A DNA stretch of 64,000 bases from the human T2T-CHM13v2.0 reference genome, Homo sapiens. Position numbers and translations under genes: made by a program. Shown piece after piece: positions 13,595 to 26,040 of this stretch (position 1 is the stretch's first letter; every line of letters begins with the position of its first letter). The DNA lies in the NCBI RefSeq assembly GCF_009914755.1, contig NC_060926.1, one strand, 5' to 3'. The notes below the pieces were generated by a model. That model worked only from the letters and a program-made list of their open reading frames with translations, was not told the DNA's origin and did no database searches.

Positions 13595-15900
13595 TTAAAA
13601 TTAGGGTACTTTATTACAAAGCCCCCTTAGAAGGAAACTATGCCCCTTGAACATTCTACACTGAGTAGGCGTGGTAAACCAATGATACTCAGAATTTAAC
13701 CAATATCCTATTTTATTATCCTATTTTATTCTATTTTATTTTCTTTTGAGTTATTTATTTGCCAGTATTCCTACAACTGAGTACAATAGGTAATGCATTC
13801 ATTCTTCGTGTGTGCTAAAGTGAAAAAAATAGTAGAGAAAAAAACATTAGATACAGTGTACAGAGACATCTTTATACATGAGTGTACACACATATCTAAC
13901 CAGGTTTCCTATACTTGCCTTCAATGTTTCTACCCCTTATTTTGTATTCTCTGAATATATATTTTAGTTCTAATATACTATTTGATGTCAAAGAAAACAG
14001 GTTTTGTATTTTCATATTCAAGTTGATTAATAATTCCTTAGACCTATCTATTTAATTATATGCCTAATAACTCCCAAGCATGTAGTATTCTAAGCTCCAT
14101 GGGCACTGTGGGGGCGGGGTTGTGTTACATTATAATAGCTGGTTAGGTTATAAGCGGAGTGACAAGAGGAAGGGAACCACCTGAAAATTAAATGCAAAAT
14201 AATCACAAAACCTTTTGTGCATAAGTGAGCCTGCAGAGTTGTTGAAATTCTGTGAACAACAAGAACATCTAGAAATGACTATGTAGGTATGATACAGGCA
14301 TGCTCCGGGTCAGTACCCTCTTAGCCCATGTCTGAGGTCTTCTAGACTCAAATCTCCACATGTTAGCTTATTCTAAAATACTAGGTTGAGCAATAAAACT
14401 TCAAGGATGGCTTTATTACACTTTAGTTTTAGGCACAAACCATAGTTTTAGGCACACACCATAAAACAAAAGGAAATGTCTGACCTCTCAGGAGGAGTTG
14501 AAGATAATTTGCAGCTGTAAAATAATATTAATCTCTTGACTCCCTTGCACACCCCTTTCTCCTGTCCCAGACTCTATCTCTATCACTTATATTTTGTGCC
14601 TCTAATCGTTGACATATGTGAGTGTAATCTAAAACCACAGGGAGGATACATGGTTAACAGGGATTCATCACAACATGTTTGTTCATTCTGTGGAATAGCA
14701 AATAAGAGAAAAACAACTCATATAACTTAAAGTGAAATGCAATTCTTGTCTCTTCTTCATTTTTTTCAAGTTCTATTGAGACACTTTAAAGAGCCTCAGG
14801 CATTTTTTAACTTGGATTGTTACCTACTATGCAAAGACACTTGAGAGAACCTCTTTGATCATCATGTTAGGTTTATAAAGTTAATCTAAAAGTTAATCTT
14901 TAGGCTATAAATGTCCTAATGTGCAATATTAATAACAATGCTGAATAAAACATGAAAATAAAATCCAGTTCAATATTTTCAGAAGATGTTTCCAGGTTGA
15001 GGCTTCTTTGCTTAGATAAAGAATCTGGGTTCTTTTAAAAGATGACAGATGTACTTTTTTTTTTTTTTTTTTTGCATTTCACTTGATATACAATTTCAGC
15101 TACAAAAGACAAAACTAAGGAGTTAGTCAGTATTAGATTCAGGAATGTGAAAAGACCTATTACTATAAAGAAGAAAGTTATTTACTCTATCCTATCTTTG
15201 CAAAGCAGAGGCAATGCTCTATTAAAAGACAACAACAGCTCTCATAGTTCATGCAAAATGTTCCAGAATTTTACTGTAGATGTTTTATCACCACAACTAG
15301 TTTATAAGCAAGTGGAGAAGAGATATGCTTGTCTTTTAGGCCTTTCTCACATCCCACTACTGGCCCCAAATACCTAACAAAATAGACACATGAATACATG
15401 CTATTTTAGTTGTAGTGGAGAAATGAGAGGCCTGCATTTCTTTTAAACATACAATCCCATTATACCTATATTTGAATATTCTTTTCCTAAGATCCAGGCT
15501 TCCCAGTCTTGGTATCTGCAAAATACTGAAAGCAGATTACTCAGGAACTGCCAAATGGAACCTTATTGATTAGTGTTTTCTTCCTCTAAAGCACATTGCA
15601 ATGATAATTCTTGTTCTGAATAGCAAGCATATGCCGGCACTAGACTCTGAAGTCCCTTCAGTATCATCAAAAGAGTGTCAAGTTTCCATCTGTTTTTGAG
15701 AAGCAAGGTAAACTTTTCATTAAACAATTCATTAATCAAATAAATAATTTCCTGATGACTTCAAAAAATGTGATTGTATGGTCATTTTCTTTGTGGTCTT
15801 TATATAATCAGCCTTGGATGGGTTCATGTAGGAGAAGGGCTTTCTAACTGGTCCTACTGTTTCTCTCATCCATCGTCTACACTGTTTCAGATTTATGTAT

Positions 15901-16227
15901 CAGATCAAGGATGTCCCCTCTCACCACTCCTATTCAACATAGTATCGAAAGTCTTGGACAGAGCAATCAGACAAGAGAAAGAAAAAAAAGGCCACTCAAT
16001 TAAAAAGAGAGGGAAGTCAAACTATTCCTCTTTGCAGATGACATGTTTCTATAACTGGAAAACTCTGTAGTCTGGGCCAAAAGTCCCTTCAGCTGATAAA
16101 CAACTTCAGCAAATTCTTAAGATACAAATTAATATGCCAAAATCACTAGCTAAAAGCACTGCTATACACCAACAGCAGTCAAGCCAAGAGCAAAATTAGG
16201 AATTCAAACCCATTCACAATTGACACA
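15901..16227 (+). mobile_element. Isolated L1P ORF2 reverse-transcriptase fragment
   Basis: Translates [24 protein letters not shown] and contains ctctttgcagatgacatg (LFADDM). No 3'UTR follows. Confidence 0.9.
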
Positions 16228-17109
16228 TTAAATTTATTTATTCCATTTATGCTGGACATGGCTGGTGGGAGTGAGAGTGGGGAACAAGGAAAATGGACCT
16301 AAGAGTGATTATTTTGCAAGACCTTTGGAGCATCCAGATTCTTCTATAAAAGTTTAGTGTTCCTATGTGCATAAACTTGTCACTAAATTCTAAGATACCA
16401 AAGAAGGATAATATAGTTTCTGAATGAGACTACAAAGGAGCAATGTCTTTCCACTGAAGGCAGTGCTCTTATTGGGCTTCTCCTATTTATCACAATACTT
16501 AGACTGTTTTGAGAAAGGCTCATCTGCTCAAAAGACACAGAAATACAGAAAAGCTCACTGAAATCAGGAGGGATTCATTGGAACATTATAAGTGCAGATG
16601 CAATAAAAATCTTATGAAGACAATATGGATCAAATGAGAACTAAAATTGTGTCAAAGGACAATAACTTTTGTTTCTCAGTAACCATACACTGTCTTGTCC
16701 TTATTTTTCTCTACACATTTGCTCAAGTCCTTGCTCATAGCAACTGGCTTCCTTATTACTTAAATTTGCACAGTCACGTAACTAGCTAAACTGTTAAATC
16801 TACAGACCATTCAGCTCCATTTCTCAAAGTTACCTAGCAATCTCTCAGCTTCCTAAACATAATCTTGAAAAAGGGATTGGGTTGAAAAAATTTACCTCTT
16901 AAATTACCTAATTTTCTTTTTTTTTCCAGGCACTAAGCATTGACAAACCTTTGCATGACTTCCTTGCTTTAGTTAGTGAATCCTTTTCTAATAAAACATA
17001 ATTTGGCGACTGCATCTAGTATATAAGATGTTTCTATTTCTCAGGTGTTGTAGGTTGGGAAATATTATGCTTTATTAATTTGAGGATGAGGGTAGGTATC
17101 CAAAACATG

Positions 17110-18387
17110 GAAGGAAACTTCAGAAAGTTTATTAAAAAATTGAATTAGAAGAAAAAAGTTAAAAATGTGTAAGCTTTATTTCACAACATAAGTTTCATCA
17201 CGTTCGAGACACCTTTGTAAGTGATCATGGCAGCCATTTAGTCCATCCCTGAAGAATTGGGAGTGCTAAGAATTTAAGAATGCCTTGCACTCTTTTTAAA
17301 TTATTAACTGAATAAAAATGGATACCCTATATACATTTTTTTAAGACTAAGAAACAAATAAAAAAATCGGAAGGAGCCAAATCACAACTGCATGGTGGAT
17401 GATTTTACCTGAAAACTTTTAAAAAATTGCCCTTGTTTGATATGAGGAATGAGAAGGAGCATTGTCGTGGTAGAGAACTTTCTGGTAAAACTTTCCCAGG
17501 AGCTTTTCTGCTAAGGCTTTCTTTTTCTCAAAACAGTCTCATAATAATTAGATGTTATTGTTCTTCGGCCCTCCAGAAAGTCAATAAGCAAAATGCCTTG
17601 AGTATCTTAAAATACGATTGCAAGGACCTTTGTTCTTAACTGGTTCACTTTCACTTTGACTGCAACAGTTCTATTTATTGGTAGCCATTACTTTGATTGT
17701 GCTTTGTCTTCATAATTTTACAGCCCTGTTTCATCTTCTGTTACAATTATTTGAAGAAATGATTCAGGATCTTAATCCTGCTTGTTCAAAATTTCCATGG
17801 AAAATTGCTTTTGTCTGCAGCTGTTGTGGGTACAATGGTTTTGACACCTATTGATTGAAATGTTTGTGCAACTTAAATTTTTCAGTCGGAATTACATAAG
17901 CTGAACCAGTTGAGATGTCTATGGTGTTGGCTGTGGTTTCTGCTGTTAATTACTGATGTTCTTCAATTAGTGCACAAACAAGGTCATTGTTTTCCTGGCA
18001 AATTGATGTGGATTGTCTTCCACTGCAGCTTCATCTTCTCCATAATCATGTCCTTCCTTAAACAAGTTATTGATTTGTAAACGACTGGTTTCTTTGGGGT
18101 ATTGTCCCCATAAGCTTTACAGAAGGCATTAATGATCTCACCATTCTTTCACCCAAGCTTCCCAATAAATTTGATGTTTGTTCTTGCTTCAATTTTGGCA
18201 GAATTCGTGTTGCTCTGATAGGGGCTATTTTCAAAGCGATGTCATATCTTTCTTAGCTCCTTGAACTAGATCCTATTTGTACATGTTACAGCAAATTAGT
18301 ACAAGTTGATTTTGGTGCAAAAAGTTGAAATCCATGTATAGTTTATTTTATAATATGCATTTCTCATGAACTTTTTAGAAACCTTCA
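17110..18387 (-). mobile_element. HSMAR2 mariner transposon, near full length (~1.28 kb), dead
   Basis: Degenerate TIRs at both ends (cttcagaaagtttatt... and ...catgaactttttagaaaccttca followed by TA). The minus strand reads the transposase start NSAKIEARTNIKF with ATG changed to ACG at 18208, followed by frameshifts. Confidence 0.92.
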
Positions 18388-18964
18388 TACATCGTTCTAC
18401 TTTATGTTAAAATATAATTATTATAAAAAATAAAAAAGTTGACCACGAGAGTAGATAAAAAGGTGGAATTCATAAAAGCTTATGATTATATTACTGTGGA
18501 TATTAAGACATTAAGAAAAATCTGTGTTTAAAATAACTTACACATCGTAAGCTTGGGTTACTCTGTGCAGGTTGACACCAATCACTGAGGCATAGAGTAT
18601 CCAAGGATAAACAAATTTTGGAGATGCTGAGTTCTATTTTGAGGATGTTGATTTTTCATGAATGTGGAGTATTGTTTATCTGACTAGCATTTTCATATAA
18701 TGTGTATGGATTTGATACAGAAACTTGAGCTAAACACAATTATAGTTACCCAACTATGAGAATAAGATTAAAACCTGTACTGAAAACAGATATAATCTGT
18801 AGAACTGTTTAGATAGAGCAGTGCAGACTGCTAAGAAAACCCTGGAACAACCAAATTTTAAGAGACTGGGAAAATAAAAGTCGAACCATGTAAATAATAT
18901 TGAGAATAAATGATATGAGTTAGGCAGACAAATGAAAAGTTATGATGGCTTAAAATTGACTGAA

Positions 18965-19250
18965 ACGTTTGAGGTGACATTGGTCGCATAAAACAGAAAA
19001 CAAAAGTAGCAGTAGATTTAAACCAAGATGAGTTTATTTGTCACGTAAAATAATTCTAAAGCTTTAATTCAGGTAGTCCAGGGCTGTCTGGAGTAATTGT
19101 TTTATAAGGTATACAAGGCCTAGGCTCTTTCCAGATCTTTGCTCTTCATTTCTAATATGTAAGTTATTCTCATAGTCCAAAGTTATTTATTATGAGTTAG
19201 TATTTACATTCCTTTTCCATAAATCTCAAATGGCAGGAAGCTAAATGAAA
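18965..19250 (-). mobile_element. MLT1I/J-like MaLR LTR fragment
   Basis: aacagaaaac...tttaaaccaagatgagtttatt...agtccagggctg...ggctctttcc. Confidence 0.55.
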
Positions 19251-20853
19251 ACCAATAGCCTGCATATTTCAGTTAAGACCAAGTCTGTTGTGCTTCTCTC
19301 ACTTCCATTTGAAGACATCAAATGGAGACCAGAACTCTGCTTGCTGAAATCAGAATGCCTTTAACATCTGTACTGTATTCAGTACGAGTCAATATGGGTC
19401 TCAAGAACTCCTCTGAGCCCTGGCTTAATATCAAATCTTCATTCTACAGGTCTAAAGAGCAAGGAAAAGGTTTTCAGATAAACAAAATACATAAATTGGT
19501 CACTGTTGTATAATATAAACCTAAAGTGGTATGGATGATAGAAGGAAGGTTCAGTAGGACCAGTTAGGAGGCCCTTGTCTTACACAAGCCCACACAAGGT
19601 TGATTATACAAGGGCCACAAATAAAATTGCTCTCTAATCATATTTCTTCAAATAATCAGAAAATTAGTTATTTTTCTTCATCAATTATCTATTTAATGAA
19701 AGGCTTACTTTGTGTCTCAAAAGCAGGTAGAAATTTAACGTTCTTTTGATGTTACTGAAGCGACTTCAACCTTTAACTTAATATAAAAATTAGGGTGACA
19801 AATTGCGCTTCTTTCTTACATGTTATATTTTACAGGCTCATTTTTCTACAGGTCTGAGCATTTAGGTAGTTAGGACTCATGCAATAATTTCTCAGCAACT
19901 GCAGATAGCATCATAAATGTGCTGATTAAACGATGCTTGCTCAATGTCAAAGTTTATCACTTGAGCAAAAGAAGCTGAAGGCAAAAGAATTAACTTCATT
20001 TGAAATTAAAAAGAAAAGAAAGCTGTGAATATGGATTCTGCATAACTCCAATAAAAAAGCCTCAGGCCTGCAATTAATAGGAGTCATTTTGGCTGCACTT
20101 CATGGAAAAATGCTGCATAAAAAATGAAAAGCGATTCTGGAAAGTATTCAGGCCTTTCTGATAAACTCTAAACCCCATTTTCCCTGTGAAGGCTTAAGTC
20201 ACCACCAGTGAGCCTGCAATCCTCTGGGTGGTTGATTGTTTTCGATACATTTAAAATGACAGCCTTGCTCCCTTTGTTAACTAGGAAGGCAGGAAATTGC
20301 GTGCCATCTTTCTTATCATAAGAAATATGTAAAAAATGGCAGCATGAAAGGGCATCTTCAACTTAAAACAAAGAAAAAATATTTTATACAAAAGAGAAAT
20401 ATGAAGAGTTTCAGACAAAATAAACTCTATTTTGAAGTATAACATATTGCATTTTTCTACCCAATCAATTTCTGGTTTAAACAATACTTCCTAATATGAG
20501 GCAGAGATGGAACTCTAAAGGATATAAAGAAGAATGGGATATTTTGTCACTATAGAATTGGAAGATTCAGTTCAGGTCAGGTGTTATATCTCAATGGAAT
20601 AATTATTAATTTTGACCTACATTTTATACAATCAAACACATTGAGAACAATTCAATTATTGAGAACAAATATTTAACATAAAACGAAGTGGATAAAAGCA
20701 TATTAGGAAGTAACTGTGGAGTGTGCAGTTGGTTTTAAATACACACACCAATAAAAACATAGCTAAAACCACATTAAAACACCTAAGTCATATCAGTTAT
20801 CATGGTCTCAGAGAGAGATATGCATTTGAGGTAAATATTTTACCAATCTCAAC

Positions 20854-20960
20854 TTTTTTTTTTTTTTTTTTCAAGACAAGATCTAGCTCTATGATCATAG
20901 CTCACTGTAACCACAAACCCCTGGACTCAAGCGATTCTTCCGCTTCATACTCTGGAGTAG
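20854..20960 (-). mobile_element. 5'-truncated AluJ/FRAM-like right-arm fragment
   Basis: T18 plus atgatcatagctcactgtaacc...ctcaagcgattc. Exact 14-bp TSD ccaatctcaacttt (20843-56, 20961-74). Confidence 0.9.
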
Positions 20961-23148
20961 CCAATCTCAACTTTCTAAAGCATGAAGTTTTTCTTCATTT
21001 TAGGTTGTACTGAAATACCCTGTGTATTTTTTACCTGCCATTTTTTAACCTAGACAAAGAAGATTTAGTTGTCTTTGTCTCATACCAGAATTCCTGTACA
21101 TGAATAATACAGGTCTTCACCCCTATGGAGTTAAGACCACTTACCGCTTTAAGCATAAGCCTGATTCTCCCCCTTTCCCCTTGAAGTAGAACAGAAAGCC
21201 ATTTCCAACAAATAATACAACAGGGTAAATAGAAGAAAAGAATAACGGTTCACTAACCAACTTGTTAATAAGGTCTGATATTTGTCCTTCTGTATATGTA
21301 TCCATTTTCTACCAATTTTCATGCCATTTATATATCCACTTCACCATCCTTAATTCCTTAACTCCCCAACAACTCAAACAAAACCTCATCAACTTTAGAA
21401 GGTCCAATTGAGCAATGTGGAATTAATTTCTCTCACCTGTAAATCCTTATTTGTTTTCCATTAAACAGTATTCCCTTAGTGTATACATTGGAAAGTACTT
21501 AATTATTAAATACAAAGCATGGTGCCTACTCTAATACATTGTCTACTCTTTCAGAAAAATAAATGAATCTTTTATTTCTATCTAATCTTCAAATACCCTG
21601 TTATCATTACCAACAAAAATTACCTATTTTTAATAACTTATCTGCACTTGTTTCCCATCTTTACTTTGAAGAAAAAAAAGTGTAGTTATTTGATATTTAA
21701 TGGAGTAGTATCTTTCCAACTCGAGTCCAGATGGAAGTAGCCATGTATATTTCTGGGGTTATGTGTTTGCTACCATAATTATTTAAGAATACACTACCAA
21801 AAGGAGATTGCAATACTCTACATGCATGTACATTTCCAGGAATCTCAGAATTCCAGCTGTGACTTTAATACTTCCCAGCTTGTCAAACTCTGCTCCAGGA
21901 AAGTGTGACAAAAATTTGGCCTTAGTGTACTCAAACAAAATTTTCAGTGCTAGATTACATGCACATTTTTTCCAAGCATTGTACATCAGATCTTAATTTT
22001 TAAAAAACTATTTTCTTCTAAACTTTTCAAACTACTTGATTTTCAAGGCAAAGTTTAAACTCTTAAGATTTATTAACTTTTTCTCATGACAACTCTATTC
22101 ACTTGATGTTATTTTATTTGTGTTTTATGCCTGATTAAAATGTACCCTAGTGGGACTTTATGAATGATCTAAGATCATAACAGTTAGTCAGAGTTAGAGG
22201 CAGATTTGTCAACTCAAGAGTCTGATTTGAAAACCTGCATTTCAACCATTACTCTTTTTTACACTTTTCCTAAATACAATATTTGATATTTATCAAAGTG
22301 ATATCAATGGATTAATATATTCAAGCAAACTCTTCAATTATACTTGAATCCCATTGCTTACCCTTTTTCAAATGTTTTTTATCCTTTATTTTTTCTGAGA
22401 AGAACAATTTATATGAATAAAGATTAACCCAAGTTGATCCTTATTCCATCAACAAATTATTTTAATATATAGGTAATATGTTTTATTCTGACTGCCTGAA
22501 ATATTCAAAAAAGGGTCAAGTAATTCATAATGTGCAAATTTCTCAGATATATTTAGCACACATTTTTTTTTCACGAAGCAAAGAGCCTCATGAAAAGAAA
22601 ACATTACAAAGGTAGGACTCACATTAGATACAATATACTATCTGAGGAAGACAGATAAAATTATATTTTCTGACAATAAATTTCATCAAGGGGAAGAAAA
22701 TGTAACAACAAAGCTGAAAAATACTGTAAGGTTGTTTTAAAATATAAAAAATAAAGAAGAGTGAGCAAAAATTTCAAAGAGCACCATAAAATAGAAATAG
22801 AGAAAATCAGAAAAAGAGGTGACAGCCAGATAATAGGAGGATGTGAAATGAGACCTAATGAAACTCAGGAACGTACTGGCAAGAAATCCAAATTGAGACT
22901 AAATTAATAAAAGCATTTTTTAAAAAGAGAAAACTATGAAAAGCTCATAAGTTCATTGAGGAAAAAAAGAGAATGAGGAAATCAATCAAAATTAAAAAGT
23001 ATATTTGAAAGAGAGTAACATAAAGAAAACAAACATGGAATAGTTATACACACAAAGAACAGTAGCATGTGTATATAAACAATAATATTGCTCTTATATT
23101 TATTATACACACATATTTGTAATCCCATTTTTCTACAGTAACATAGTG

Positions 23149-23675
<527 letters not shown>

Positions 23676-24029
23676 ATTTTAGTGCGAGAAGAGGAGCAAA
23701 ACCCTTTGATGCTCAGATAAAAATGTCAATTATAAGAACTCAGTATGAGTATATAAGAACTTATAATTCAGCATGAATTATAAGAACTCAATATCTTATT
23801 TTACATCTCATAATTTTTATCATTGTTTTACTTGGAAATCCTTAATATGTCTTATTAAATGTATTTATAATCACTTTATGCTTTTACTTAGAATATTAAG
23901 AGAATAACTGTAGCTAAAATAAATATTAATTATTTTGTATAATTAACATATATCTTATCAGTTATTAATTGCCCTTATTAATTACATTTTTCATTAGAGT
24001 ACTGTGGGTATCCCAGCTTTATCATGTCA

Positions 24030-26040
24030 ACAGAAAAGATAAAGTATTTTCTCTTTTCCAAATATCTTTATAGTTATCTTATTTGTTTCTCCCATTCCAT
24101 TCACTAAAACCTTTCATTCAAATTAAACCAATAATTAGTATAGCAAAAATAACCTAAAGTCTAGGTCTGATTTAATAGTTGTTTGGATATTTATCATTTA
24201 GGACAATATTTGGTATGAATTTTAGAAAATAAATTTTATTATATTTGTAGTGGTTTCTTCTATTTAGACTTTTTAAAATGGAATCTGAATAATTTTATTA
24301 TATTTCCCAGTTCATATTAAGGTACCCCATAATTTTATCACTACAATTTGCCATTTAATATGGTAGGTTATAATATGTACATAATATAATATGTCATTTA
24401 ATGTAGCAGATTAAGTTGGTTACTTTTTAAATATGGAAACACCATTTAAATTATATAATCACATTCTGTTTGATTACCCTTGACCCATTGTTTATTTTTA
24501 TTTCATATTTTGTTTAGAATACATGCAGCAATATCCAATAGAAAAATGTGAATATTTTTATATTATCCTTTTCACAGGATTTTATTAGGTTCTCATAATA
24601 AATATAGACTAGCCCTGCCAATTGAATTACTTTATCAGACTATCTGCTCTTTCAGTACTAGATAAAAGGCTAAAGGTTACAAAAAATTACAGCTACATAG
24701 AAGGAATAAGATATAGTATTCTATACCACTGTAGGTTGACTAGGCTTAAAAATAATGTTATATAATTTCAAATACCTAGAAGGAGGATATTGACTATCCC
24801 CAACACAAAGAAGCGATAAATCTTTGAAATAATGTATATGCTAATTATCTGATCAGTGTACATTGTATGTATCCAAACATCACTATGTACCTTATTAATA
24901 TGTACAATTATTACGTGTCAATTAAAAAAATTGTGAAGCCATGTGATGATTGATCTTCTTCTCTATTCTAATATCTTCTATTAAAATTATGTATTCAAAA
25001 TTTTTACCTCTTCTTAAGTCAATTTTCAAATGTATACTTTATTAGAAAAGTGTGCATTTTCTGTTTTCAAATATGTTAATCACATTTATTTGTGATCGTT
25101 GCTCATTTTTTATTCCTAATCTTGCATAATTTCAGTCTTTCCGAATTTCTCTTATTTTTTAACCAGACATGAAATAGTATAGTTGCTTTATAATTATTTG
25201 AAATGACCAGATTTGCATTTATTAATTCTCCCTGTTGTAACTACTTTTTACTTTCCTTATTTTCAACTGTTTATCTTTTTTTTACTGTTCTCCCTGTGAT
25301 TTATTTTGAATTATTTTATTGTCATTTTTCTTATATCTGAGAATACTATTTTTTATAGTTTTAAATAATAATTTTTACGAGAACACATTTTTCTCTAACT
25401 ACAGTTTTTATTTCTGCTAATACATTTGGTACAAAATAGCTTATCTGTATTTATTATTCCTTTTAATTTTTACTTTGATCAAAAGTTCTTTAATAAAGAC
25501 TATTTTTTATTTCCAAAGTGACTATAATGTTGATAATATTTTAACAATATATTTTCCAATTTTTAAATTTTATTAATAGAGAAAGGATCTTAGATTGTCA
25601 AGTTTTTAAACAATGGCTTAAAATATTTTTATTATGGGCACTTATATTATCAATTCTCATAACTATTCTGTGCCCATATGAAACATAATAATTATTATAC
25701 AATGGAGGTAACTGTGTCTGTGTATATATAATTATATTATCTATATTTACATAATTTCATTTTTTACAATACTTGTCAAATCAGAAGGGATTACATTGAT
25801 TGCTTATGCTCTGATTGTATTTTATTTAGTTACTATTTGCATTTATAATATTTTTTCCATGTATTTAGTTCCTATCTTGTTTGGTACACATAAAATTATG
25901 CAATATATTCTTAATAAATTGTGCATTTTTCATTATTCAGTGTTCCACTGAAACCTATTATATGTTTTATTTGTTTTCCATCTTATCTAATATTAGTCTA
26001 AGAAGCTCTGATTTTTTTAAATTTGTATTTGTTTGGGAGT
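24030..26040 (-). mobile_element. Very old L1M (L1ME-like) antisense remnants
   Basis: T-rich strand skew with scattered L1 antisense phrases. Boundaries are approximate. Interrupted by the L1MA 3' end. Confidence 0.5.
24665..24930 (+). mobile_element. L1MA4/5-like 3' end
   Basis: attacagctacatagaaggaataag...ccaacacaaagaa...catcactatgtacc...tgtcaattaaaaaaa. Confidence 0.85.

Noticed and set aside
23728-23795. Three tataagaact units as a CRISPR-like repeat-spacer array
   Set aside because: The units are 10 bp with short related spacers, in eukaryotic DNA with no cas genes. This is ordinary slippage.
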